64,000 bases of DNA from IMG/VR virus record IMGVR_UViG_3300005056_000001, positions 248,001 through 312,000 of that record; one strand, 5' to 3'. Positions 1-8,996 of the stretch are shown here, piece after piece. Within the stretch, counting starts at the first letter, position 1. Each line of letters begins with the position of its first letter. Made by a program: the position numbers and the translations under genes. The notes under the pieces were generated by a model. That model did no database searches. It was given only the letters and a program-made list of their open reading frames with translations, and was not told where the DNA came from.

Positions 1-480
1 GAACAGGGTGTGGATGGTGAGGCTAATAATGCCAAGACATTGCTAAATCAACAGCTTAGAAAATATGGGCTAACAATAGAAGATCTCTCATCAAATGATA
101 TTTTTGACTACTATGTTAAATACAAGACTGACAATGACAGACAGCTAATCGTGCAAATATGTGCAAAATTAGATATAGAAATATTCGCAGTCAGAAGAGT
201 TAAGAAATTAAAAAAGTATTGTCTTGAATGTGATGCTATCACATATGCAGAGTTTTCGAGCATGTTGGAGTTCCATAAGACCCTTTTGGAAAAGGAAATG
301 AAAATTTTTCTTTCGTCTTACATCCACAAACACGACTTGTTTAGTGCAAACAATGACGGAAAGAACAGACCAAAACCAACGGCTGAACAGTTGGCAGACA
401 CTAAGGCCATGTTTGCTATGATGGGAAATCTGTCGGACAAAAAATATGAATCCAATAAGCTACGATTGGGTGAAGAGTAA
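1..480 (+). CDS. DUF2786-like protein (5' end probably outside the window)
   Basis: Frame is open from base 1. GEANNAKTLLNQQLRKYGLT resembles the DUF2786 helical motif (GEa.nA..l...l.kYgl). Confidence 0.5.
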   Translation, partial: EQGVDGEANNAKTLLNQQLRKYGLTIEDLSSNDIFDYYVKYKTDNDRQLIVQICAKLDIEIFAVRRVKKLKKYCLECDAITYAEFSSMLEFHKTLLEKEMKIFLSSYIHKHDLFSANNDGKNRPKPTAEQLADTKAMFAMMGNLSDKKYESNKLRLGEE

Positions 481-483
481 AGT

Positions 484-545
484 GTTAAATAAATGTTAAG
501 GGTACGGGAATATTTGGCAATGGTTTTAATGTTCCCGTACTTAGC
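484..545 (+). promoter_or_regulatory. GTTAA-N6-GTTAA direct repeat + inverted repeat + putative -7 box
   Basis: gttaaataaatgttaa (484-499), inverted repeat gtacgggaatatt/aatgttcccgtac (502-540), tacttag at 538. The same architecture recurs at six other loci. Confidence 0.55.
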
Positions 546-582
546 GTCAACGAAATAATCAATAACAAAAACAGTAATTATC

Positions 583-909
583 ATGAAAAACACAACAATA
601 TTCCAAGTGTCCATAAACAACACGGTTGTTGGTGCAATTTCGGAACACAGTCTTGTATTGGCAGTTTCACACCCTAGGGGGCAAGGTGCATGTGTGTATA
701 AAGATATTAATACATGGCTCCTGACAATGCTAGAAAAATTTGAGAATGTCAAGGAAGCATTCGAGAGTATCGAAATGATTCCCTCAGAAGGTTTTGACTT
801 CTTGGAAGGTTTTGAGCCGCAAGAACGTGTGATTCTAATTTTTGGGGACAATGGATTAGTCAGAATAGACTTTTGTCCTATAGAATACTTGTCAGAAATA
901 ATCAAATAA
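583..909 (+). CDS. hypothetical protein
   Basis: 108-aa ORF with A-rich leader, first gene after the promoter motif. Confidence 0.75.
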   Translation: MKNTTIFQVSINNTVVGAISEHSLVLAVSHPRGQGACVYKDINTWLLTMLEKFENVKEAFESIEMIPSEGFDFLEGFEPQERVILIFGDNGLVRIDFCPIEYLSEIIK

Positions 910-943
910 CAGTAAAAAGTAAACAAATTCAAAATTCAAAATA

Positions 944-1213
944 ATGCGCACAACACAAGATTTAATCGCAATACTTAAGGCCCTTAATTGTGCCAATAAT
1001 TCATATTTCATTACAGGGGCAGCATGGGAGGACAGAAACGGGACAGAACTCGCTATAAGTCTTGACCGAAACACTCCTCTAAGAGAGCAAATGGCATTCG
1101 ATGCCAAGGTAAAGTCACTAAACTTCGAGATGATCATGAATGCAACGCTCACAAGCAAGGGTGTGCATTACATCTTGGGTGTCGGCGAATTCAAATCAAC
1201 GCTCGATGAATAG
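944..1213 (+). CDS. hypothetical protein
   Basis: 89-aa ORF, A-rich leader, co-directional cluster. Confidence 0.7.
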   Translation: MRTTQDLIAILKALNCANNSYFITGAAWEDRNGTELAISLDRNTPLREQMAFDAKVKSLNFEMIMNATLTSKGVHYILGVGEFKSTLDE

Positions 1214-1553
1214 ACACATGATCCTTGACAAGGCATTCACACAGGAATGTCATCCGTACAACACACGCAAGGCCTTTGTTTATATGATACACAAAAAAGC
1301 CTTTGCATATTGTCCGAGTGTATGGAATTTCGATTTCGTGCCGTTAGATGGCGAACTAAAGGGGTATGTGAGGGTCAATATAAAGGATGGCGAGTTCTTC
1401 CAATTACATCGAAATGAGGTTCACCAAGAAATAGATATACCATCGGATATTATATCTTCACAGGCACCAAATGGCAATAGTCTAATTTCTGTTGTTGGAC
1501 GACCAAGAACAAGGGTGTGTATTGAAGACTTTAACCCTGAAAATGATAAATAA
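1206..1553 (+). CDS. hypothetical protein
   Basis: ORF 1140..1553; the likely start is the ATG at 1206 overlapping the upstream stop; followed by a terminator. Confidence 0.65.
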   Translation: MNRHMILDKAFTQECHPYNTRKAFVYMIHKKAFAYCPSVWNFDFVPLDGELKGYVRVNIKDGEFFQLHRNEVHQEIDIPSDIISSQAPNGNSLISVVGRPRTRVCIEDFNPENDK

Positions 1554-1585
1554 AAAAAATCCTCACCTAGTGGGGATTTTTTTTT
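1552..1585. terminator. bidirectional intrinsic terminator
   Basis: aaaaaaaatcctcac-cta-gtggggatttttttt between convergent genes. Confidence 0.75.
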
Positions 1586-2154
1586 GTTGGTAACTGAACC
1601 GATGCACTTCCTATCTTGAACGCAATGCTTAGCTCAAATGTCCCAAAGTCGTTGTTTGTGGTTTCGCTGTCTAGTGGAATATCGTCTAGTGCAGCAAACA
1701 GAAAGTCCTTGAATGAGAATACAAATGCGGTCTGACGTTTCGTGTTTTTTATCACAATGTCAAGGCTGTCTTTGATGGTGTTCTTGTGGTTGGCCGAATA
1801 CTGCCTCTGAAAACTCTCCCACAGGAATAGGTACGACATGTATGCATCCACATGATGTAGCTCAAGTGTGACCGTCTTTGAGGACAGTCCTTGTACCCAA
1901 CTTTTTGTGCCCAATTGTGGTGCTGTTGTATGACTAAAACCACCGCCTTGTTCTTGTGTCACAAAGCTGTCTGTAAATCCGACTATATTGACCTTTTTAA
2001 TGGTGGCATTCAGGAGCGATATAATGTCCTTTATATAGTCGTCGTCGTCGGCATCCATATATGTATTATATTTGTCAACCAATGACTGTTCAAACCAATG
2101 AGTTTTGAATTTCACGTCTACCAAATCAGACGATGGAGGGTTGAAGTATTTCAT
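1567..2154 (-). CDS. tail tube-like / baseplate tail-tube initiator (T4 gp54/gp19-like fold)
   Basis: 195 aa with the tube-fold pattern (TLELHHVD..YLFLWE..; FSFKDFLF..L; FELSIAF); GTACATA box at 2168-2174. Confidence 0.5.
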   Translation of the reverse strand: MKYFNPPSSDLVDVKFKTHWFEQSLVDKYNTYMDADDDDYIKDIISLLNATIKKVNIVGFTDSFVTQEQGGGFSHTTAPQLGTKSWVQGLSSKTVTLELHHVDAYMSYLFLWESFQRQYSANHKNTIKDSLDIVIKNTKRQTAFVFSFKDFLFAALDDIPLDSETTNNDFGTFELSIAFKIGSASVQLPTKKNPH

Positions 2155-2574
2155 ATTAATTTTATGCTATGTACCAATATTGTTGGTTGTGCCTAAAATC
2201 TATTAGTGGCATATAACGTTATTTGCCACTTTTTGGTAAATTTTACTGTATCAGCTAAAATCGGAAAAAAGCCTAATAACAGCTATACCACTCAACGCCT
2301 GTGTTTGTCGGCTGTTCGGTAGGGGGAATTTTTTGATTTTTTATCAGAAAAAAATGACCACTCTTGCACTTATCAGGGGAAACACGTGATTATTGGACAT
2401 CAAAAACACTTTTGCACGTGCAAAAATAAGCAAAAACTGTTTGAGCTTCGTGACGTTATAATATTAATACATACCACACAGTCGACGTATAAAGGGTTAC
2501 AGCCGATTTTTAAAAAATGTCATTTTTGGTGTCTACTATATAAAACAAAGAATACTTAATTAATAAATAGTAAT

Positions 2575-3501
2575 ATGAACAAATTAGAGAAAGTTTTATC
2601 AGAAATAAACAAGTGTTATGTCAATCGGATAACCTCGAATACATTCATAATTAATGAGGATTTTTGTGTGATATTGGCAGACAAATTAACATTGGATATT
2701 GGTACCTATAAACAACAAAAAGAAGGCTTGGTTAAACACGAGATTCCCGACGATTTATTGGTGCCTGATGGCCCCACAAAAACACTTGGCACAATCTCCC
2801 GAACAGACCTGTTGCATATTTATGAATGTACGGCACAAAACACAGCCAATGGTTGGAGCGATATCGTGTTGTCAGACGGTTTTTTGATTGGCACAGACAA
2901 TATTGGCTTGATGGCCTGCAAACTTATCACAACAAAGAACCTTCCTAGGCCATGTTTGTTCCCCAAGGAGTTATTGCCATTCGTCACAATGGTTTTGGAC
3001 GACAAGCCTATCGGGGTTTTTGTAAAAAAATATAATGGCAAGTTTGTGTTTGGCCTCACAGACGGAAGCAACGGTGTTTTATATCTAAAGAAGTCTCCAT
3101 ATACAAACACGCTCCCTCCCATCAACAAGATCGCACCGAGTTTCAGTGTGGGGGAATATATCAAGATAGGCAAGACCGAGCGTAACTTTATTGGATCGCT
3201 AAACAATCGTTTGTGTTTGCTCCATCAAGATTATATTCGTTCGAACGAAAGAAAAATAAAGTGTCCAATCAAAAAAGGAAAGGAGAACACAACATGGCAC
3301 AGCAACCGAATGTTGAAATTTGCAACCCTGCGGACACCGAAATCTGTTACTGACCATACATACCCAACCATCGGCAAGGAGGTGACAACAGTCAAATTTA
3401 TACCCAATGATCTGCTAAAATTAATTGGTGACCAAGACTGTTTGTTGAGATGGGGCTTGCCTATCAAGGACGAAATGCTTTTGTATGTGGAATATTTGTA
3501 A
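2575..3501 (+). CDS. hypothetical protein, possible DNA pol III beta-clamp-like fold
   Basis: LIGTDNIGLM resembles the clamp motif vATDghRL, and LPPINKIAP resembles yPdy.rviP. Weak. Confidence 0.35.
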   Translation: MNKLEKVLSEINKCYVNRITSNTFIINEDFCVILADKLTLDIGTYKQQKEGLVKHEIPDDLLVPDGPTKTLGTISRTDLLHIYECTAQNTANGWSDIVLSDGFLIGTDNIGLMACKLITTKNLPRPCLFPKELLPFVTMVLDDKPIGVFVKKYNGKFVFGLTDGSNGVLYLKKSPYTNTLPPINKIAPSFSVGEYIKIGKTERNFIGSLNNRLCLLHQDYIRSNERKIKCPIKKGKENTTWHSNRMLKFATLRTPKSVTDHTYPTIGKEVTTVKFIPNDLLKLIGDQDCLLRWGLPIKDEMLLYVEYL

Positions 3502-3568
3502 TGATTTAGTACATAACAAGAAGCCCGACACAAGATTTTATATAAACAGATTTTACGTTCTGTAAAAC

Positions 3569-3922
3569 ATGACAGTAGCAGTCCGCAACAAAAATAACAT
3601 GGAAAAAACAATACAGGCAGCAAAGTACAAGTTCATAGAACTCATGAAGGGTTCTTTGTTTAAGGACGACAAACCCTCGTCATCAAGGATTTTTGGGTAT
3701 GTAATGATGCTCATAATTTTCTTGTTTTCCGTGGTATTTATTGCCACCGAAATAGGAAACGCCATACTTTCTTGGAAAAACGGAAATGTTTATGTACCTT
3801 CATGGCAAACGATTACATTTTTTGGGATGTGTTTGACGCAAAAGTTGACATTACTTGGGATTTACAAAAAAGCAGAGAGTCTTATTCCTAAAAAAACAAT
3901 CGAAAAAAAGCCTGTCCAATAA
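3569..3922 (+). CDS. putative holin / two-TM membrane protein
   Basis: DDKPSSSRIFG followed by two hydrophobic segments and a basic C-terminus; GTACATA box at 3509-3515. Confidence 0.45.
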   Translation: MTVAVRNKNNMEKTIQAAKYKFIELMKGSLFKDDKPSSSRIFGYVMMLIIFLFSVVFIATEIGNAILSWKNGNVYVPSWQTITFFGMCLTQKLTLLGIYKKAESLIPKKTIEKKPVQ

Positions 3923-3972
3923 CAAAAGGACTCACAGGTTAATGAGAATTACATAACTAAACATTGAAATAA

Positions 3973-4584
3973 ATGAGACGAGTTTTTAGATCATCACAAT
4001 ACATTCCTGTTAATATCATACAGGGTGACGATGCCGACAAATGGAACGAGAAGATCTCTGATGGTCGCCATGAGTATGTGATTAGACAACTAGATCAAGG
4101 AATTGATTACAACACGAAAACCGAAGACCTTCCAACCAATTACAACAAATACGAATCCGAGGATGGTATGCACGTTTTAGCATACGGAAAGTATTCTAGT
4201 TTTGTGGGGTTGTACAAAGAAGCAAAGTACAAGTACTTTGACAGCGATTGGTCTTGGAGCGGTCTAGGGGCTGCCCAAATAGAGGATGCTGTTGGTGTTT
4301 TTTCACATAAAGATGTCCGTAATTATTACTACATGTTCCCGCTTAGTGACTATGACAAGAACGAATTTTCTTATATAAACCTAAGAGACAATGAGGGACT
4401 ATTCAGAGTCGAAACAGAAAGAATGAAATTTGGAGGATTTAGACCCCTTGTTAAGGTCAATGTGGCACGTGGGCTTATATACTTCATAGAAGACATGGAT
4501 GTTGAACCTATATCTTTTGAAAAAAAAGGAACCAAGGTGCAATTTATGAGACTCAATCTTTCACAATCCTACATGTTGCAGTAG
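3973..4584 (+). CDS. hypothetical protein (possibly virion-associated)
   Basis: 203-aa ORF in a late-type cluster; variant box TTACATA upstream. Confidence 0.7.
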   Translation: MRRVFRSSQYIPVNIIQGDDADKWNEKISDGRHEYVIRQLDQGIDYNTKTEDLPTNYNKYESEDGMHVLAYGKYSSFVGLYKEAKYKYFDSDWSWSGLGAAQIEDAVGVFSHKDVRNYYYMFPLSDYDKNEFSYINLRDNEGLFRVETERMKFGGFRPLVKVNVARGLIYFIEDMDVEPISFEKKGTKVQFMRLNLSQSYMLQ

Positions 4585-4634
4585 CATAAACTACAAAAAA
4601 CAAAATATACTTAAATCAGTCAACAACCATCAAC

Positions 4635-5819
4635 ATGCATTTCAGAACTATAGACCCTAAATGGCTAACGCAAAACATCGTGACTATCAACGAAGAGGCA
4701 GACAGCACAGGCGAGATTGACCTACAAATGTATGTTGATGCCTATAGTGAATGGCTTTCGTCCAAGTTTGAGGACATCATTAATGTATACAAAAACGTGG
4801 AGGTAAGCACTGCCATTACAATCAATTTCATTGATGACAAGTTGGTTATCGTGGGTAGCATTCGTGGTATATCGTTTCGTGTCATGGATGAGGTATTGTC
4901 ATTTGCAGAAGACTACGACCTTTCAGGAACATTGGAATTAGGACTAAGCTACACGGCATCCTTTCCTGAAGATTTCTTTAACGAGTACTTTGAGAAGGAC
5001 GACAAAAAAGAAACCGACGAGAATGAAGAACCCGAAGAAGAGACAGACGACGACGATGTTGACGACATAAAGGACGATGATATTGACAATGCATCCGACG
5101 AGGTCAAGGAGATGCGTGAGTCCAAGGATCATATAGACCTTAACAAGGGGCTTGTCACAAAATGGTTTGACCACTTCAACAATTTATTGTTTGGTAACAG
5201 GCTTATTTTACCCCCAATTTCTTTTATGAGGTCTAAGTATGTATTGGCTAGTGTGGTATCAAACAGAAAAGTCAATGAATTGGGTAAATACCCCCCAATT
5301 TCCTTTAAGTTTAGCAGATTCTACAAGTTGGATTTGACAACATTTAAGGGTATTATGGTTCATGAAATGATACACATTGAGTTGTTACAATACGACGGTA
5401 TCGTTTCGGGCAAGGATGGTCACGGCGACGAGTTTGAGTACAGACGTGTCAGACTAAATAAACAAGTAGAGTTCGATGTCCCAAGAACCGAGAATGCAAA
5501 GCTTGAGGTTGACAGCAAGTCGGGCAAGAGATGGGATGTTATCGTTTTTAATCAGGTTGACGGCAGCAAGTCCATGCTTGTATACAAGAGCGGTTATTTG
5601 TCGGACAAGCTCGACGAGGTACAGTCAATTTTTGCATATTGGGTTACACATTACAACAAGAAAGGCGATTTTTCAATTGAGGTTTATAATACGGGTGCCA
5701 CAAACGTGGCCATGTACCGTCAAAAAAGAAATCTTAAAACAACAAATGCCCAAGTCCTAGACAGTACGCTTGCCCAAGAAATCAAAGATGAGGGCAAGTT
5801 GATCTACACCGTAAAATAA
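4635..5819 (+). CDS. SprT-like zinc metalloprotease domain protein with acidic linker
   Basis: FDHFNNLLFGNRL...IMVHEMIH...DGHGDEF is the SprT signature (HExxH plus downstream H). Confidence 0.8.
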   Translation: MHFRTIDPKWLTQNIVTINEEADSTGEIDLQMYVDAYSEWLSSKFEDIINVYKNVEVSTAITINFIDDKLVIVGSIRGISFRVMDEVLSFAEDYDLSGTLELGLSYTASFPEDFFNEYFEKDDKKETDENEEPEEETDDDDVDDIKDDDIDNASDEVKEMRESKDHIDLNKGLVTKWFDHFNNLLFGNRLILPPISFMRSKYVLASVVSNRKVNELGKYPPISFKFSRFYKLDLTTFKGIMVHEMIHIELLQYDGIVSGKDGHGDEFEYRRVRLNKQVEFDVPRTENAKLEVDSKSGKRWDVIVFNQVDGSKSMLVYKSGYLSDKLDEVQSIFAYWVTHYNKKGDFSIEVYNTGATNVAMYRQKRNLKTTNAQVLDSTLAQEIKDEGKLIYTVK

Positions 5820-5842
5820 TATTGGTACATATTTAAAAAGAT

Positions 5843-6679
5843 ATGGCTATTACAACTCCCGAAGAATTTCTTGCCAACAGAACCTTGCCGACAGTAAGAC
5901 CTGTTGATGCCGCATTCATTCAAGACATCATGAATGAACTGAACGAGGAATGTGGTCTTTCTGTAAATATTGACCCAAAAAAAATATTGCGACAAATTCG
6001 CAAGGTTGCCCGATATGTCTATAAGCATTACCAATACATGACTCTCCAACAAAAGGTGGCACTATTAAGATACGAAGACTTCAAGGATAGTTATGCGGCC
6101 AATGGTGGTATGTATGCAACCGTAACGCTCCCAAATTCAATCGAGGGGCTGTGGGGCATAAGTCCTGCAAATAATGGGTCATACGGCACATCTTCTAGGA
6201 TTTTAGACATTCCGTTATTGCGCTCGGTATCACTCACACAGGCAGCAGGCGGTTTTAGTATACAGACCAATGCGGCCAATCAATATAATTATTCTGTGTC
6301 TGATGCCACAATTGCACTCTACGAACAGGCCTCCTATCAGAATCATTTTCAGTCGGGGTTCCCGTTTAGTTTTTCTCATGCAAGCAAGGAGTTGGTAATC
6401 AGGCCCAAGGTAAGACAATCATGTGGTGTCATATTGGGCGTTTATGTTCAGACAGACATATCAAACCTATACAACGATTATTATTTCAGGGAGCATGTGA
6501 TGGGTGAATGCATGATTAGTGCTGCCCGAATTTTTGGAACATTTGACATTGAGTTGGGTGGTGGTGCCACGATTAATTGGAAGGACATAAAAGACGACGG
6601 AAGAGAAAAGGTTGACGAATGCAAAGACCACTATAAAACGACGACATTTATGCCAAAAACATTTTTCAAGGGCAAGTAG
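5843..6679 (+). CDS. neck protein (T4 gp13-like)
   Basis: C-terminal ARIFGTFDIELGGGATINWKDIKDDG matches the gp13 motif (LPGGvtinG..I..eg); GTACATA at 5825-5831. Confidence 0.75.
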   Translation: MAITTPEEFLANRTLPTVRPVDAAFIQDIMNELNEECGLSVNIDPKKILRQIRKVARYVYKHYQYMTLQQKVALLRYEDFKDSYAANGGMYATVTLPNSIEGLWGISPANNGSYGTSSRILDIPLLRSVSLTQAAGGFSIQTNAANQYNYSVSDATIALYEQASYQNHFQSGFPFSFSHASKELVIRPKVRQSCGVILGVYVQTDISNLYNDYYFREHVMGECMISAARIFGTFDIELGGGATINWKDIKDDGREKVDECKDHYKTTTFMPKTFFKGK

Positions 6680-6680
6680 T

Positions 6681-6730
6681 TTTTGCCTAACTCTCGGTTC
6701 TTGGAGTCGATAACCGTGAGTTAGGCAAAA
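6681..6730. terminator. long inverted repeat downstream of the neck gene
   Basis: ttttgcctaactc-tcggtt...aaccgt-gagttaggcaaaa. Confidence 0.55.
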
Positions 6731-6801
6731 ATATGGTAACTAAACAAAAAAATGTTCGATAATTTTTATAATTATCGAACATTTTTTTGTTACATTTGTT
6801 C

Positions 6802-7812
6802 ATGGAATACACAACAGAAGAACACAAACGCCTTGATTTAATATTTAGTGACAACCTAGAATTGGTCAAAGAATTAGAAAAAGGCAACCCGACAGGGGTA
6901 TTTGCCAAGTTGTCTGTCGATTTTATCGACCTTATAAATTTAACAGGCAAGGGTTTTGAGGATGTCTATCTCTTGGATAATGTCGATTCTTTGCTCTATA
7001 ACATGAACCACATACCCGAATGTGTGTTCATGTTACGAAACCTAAAACGGTTGGTGTGGGACGAGAAACACTTAACAGAAATCCCTCAAGGAATTGGAAA
7101 GCTAGTCAATCTCGAGTACCTATCCTTGGCGTTCAACGAAATATCAACACTTCCCGACTGCATGTCCAACCTAAAGAAGTTAACACACCTTGAACTCAAA
7201 GGAAATAAAATTGTAGACTTTCCACGGTCTATTTTTGACATGCCCTCATTGACGTTTCTATCACTTAGCGGGAATGAAATCAAAAACATACCACAGGAAA
7301 TTGGACAATTAACAAGTCTACATACTATTATGATTTACAGTAATAGACTAACATCTCTCCCAAATTCATTGTCTATACTGCCCAACCTTAGAAGCTTGCT
7401 CATTAAACATAACAAGATTAAAAACCTGCCATCAGACTCGCATAACTTGTCGGGTCTTACCTTTCTTTCTTGGGGTGACAATGGACTGACAGAATTCCCG
7501 ACCGAAATCAGGAACCTAACAAACCTAGAAACATTATACCTAGACGATAATAATATAAAAACAGTCCCTGATTGGATAAGCGAACTCACAGAATTAGATA
7601 TGTTTAATTTGTCGGATAACAACATTACACAGCTCCCCGACTCTTTGTGCAAAATGGATTTGTTGGGGTCTTTGTCAGTCACCCGAAACCCTATTACACA
7701 CCTGCCCCAAGCAATCGGAAGTATTAAAAGTCTATATGAGTTATATATTTATTCGACAAACATAACGGTATGTCCACAAATCGACGGTGTGGAGGTTCAT
7801 TTTTTGCAATAA
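6802..7812 (+). CDS. leucine-rich repeat protein
   Basis: About eleven 23-aa repeats LxxLxxLxLxxNxI/LxxLPxxI. Likely start MEYTT at 6802, directly after an inverted repeat (6747-6788) and a TACATTTG box (6791-6798). Confidence 0.95.
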   Translation: MEYTTEEHKRLDLIFSDNLELVKELEKGNPTGVFAKLSVDFIDLINLTGKGFEDVYLLDNVDSLLYNMNHIPECVFMLRNLKRLVWDEKHLTEIPQGIGKLVNLEYLSLAFNEISTLPDCMSNLKKLTHLELKGNKIVDFPRSIFDMPSLTFLSLSGNEIKNIPQEIGQLTSLHTIMIYSNRLTSLPNSLSILPNLRSLLIKHNKIKNLPSDSHNLSGLTFLSWGDNGLTEFPTEIRNLTNLETLYLDDNNIKTVPDWISELTELDMFNLSDNNITQLPDSLCKMDLLGSLSVTRNPITHLPQAIGSIKSLYELYIYSTNITVCPQIDGVEVHFLQ

Positions 7813-7909
7813 TGAGGATGTGTTATACTTTAATAAAATGTTAAAATTATGCACAACACTTGTTTATTTCAAGATATTTTGTATATTTACATCACAACCA
7901 ATACAACAC

Positions 7910-8242
7910 ATGCAACAAGAAGACTATAAAAACGAACACAGCAGGCTAGAAGGTCAAATATTAAGGCTACAATCCGAGCTCCGAGAATCGAAAGCCAAAT
8001 ATATAAAGGACTATTCAGAGTTCCAACTTGACGAAAAGGTAATAATTTGCACACCTACACATACAAATAGTCATGGACAGGTTCCTTGTTCGGAAAGATT
8101 TGCCTACATACACGAGGTTAGTTTAGACTATATTGCAGATTTTCGATACGAATTAAAACAGGCCAAAAAGAACGGCAAGAAGTCAAGGAACAACGAATGG
8201 CTACACACGCATAATTATGTGGAATATCTAAAAAAAATATAA
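7910..8242 (+). CDS. hypothetical protein
   Basis: ORF 7787..8242, likely start MQQEDY at 7910, downstream of a TTAA-N6-GTTAA motif (7829-7844). Confidence 0.7.
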   Translation: MQQEDYKNEHSRLEGQILRLQSELRESKAKYIKDYSEFQLDEKVIICTPTHTNSHGQVPCSERFAYIHEVSLDYIADFRYELKQAKKNGKKSRNNEWLHTHNYVEYLKKI

Positions 8243-8243
8243 A

Positions 8244-8636
8244 ATGAATATACTTAAACCGATTCGTATAGATGGCGAGGATGTTATTGTCCAACTCCCA
8301 CATGGTGGAGAAGTCACAAAGGAAATGTATGAGGACGAGAATGGGACATACTTTATGGGCTTTGGTTTTGTTGCAAATTACATCCCACAACATATCTTAG
8401 ACGGAAAGCCTCCACATGGCGATGACGTGGTATTGGAAGACATGAAAATCATACAATTTGATATTATTAAATCAAAAAGGTACCCACTAAAGTCTTCGGC
8501 ACATATCATACATCCAAACGACAAATCAATAAGCGTCATGGGTCTGAAGCTCCCAATAAAAACATATAAATCAATCACTAAACCAAGTATGCAACAAATA
8601 AAAATGTGGCACAAACTAAACAATAAACAATGGTAG
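8244..8636 (+). CDS. hypothetical protein
   Basis: 130-aa ORF abutting its neighbours. Confidence 0.7.
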   Translation: MNILKPIRIDGEDVIVQLPHGGEVTKEMYEDENGTYFMGFGFVANYIPQHILDGKPPHGDDVVLEDMKIIQFDIIKSKRYPLKSSAHIIHPNDKSISVMGLKLPIKTYKSITKPSMQQIKMWHKLNNKQW

Positions 8637-8935
8637 GTAAATACATAAGTCAAAAAACTAGAAAGTCGGCAACAGAAAACGGAATGTTCGTGACCGAAAA
8701 AACAACTATTTCTGAATTGAGTGGACGTCTGAGAGATGCAGGGGTTGAAATTAATATGAACACAGTATACAACACCGAGGCTGTTAAGGTTGGATACAAT
8801 TTTATTGTGTTTAGCACACTCCCCCAAAAAATAGATGCAGAACTAAGCATGCTCTGCGAGGATTGGTTCGTAAAAGATTATTATGATGCATTGGATCAGG
8901 CATTGCTTGAGGGTCTAGAATTTTTACAAAAATAA
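8630..8935 (+). CDS. hypothetical protein
   Basis: 101 aa; the C-terminus YYDALDQALLEGL is a common Bacteroidota-phage pattern. Confidence 0.7.
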   Translation: MVGKYISQKTRKSATENGMFVTEKTTISELSGRLRDAGVEINMNTVYNTEAVKVGYNFIVFSTLPQKIDAELSMLCEDWFVKDYYDALDQALLEGLEFLQK

Positions 8936-8996
8936 TTTAATAGGTTGAATATCCATATTCGGACATTATCTAGAACAATTGAACAATACACAAAAA

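Noticed and set aside
6802-7812. Diversity-generating retroelement acting on LRR or fibre genes
   Set aside because: No reverse transcriptase and no template/variable repeat pair differing at adenines seen in the window.
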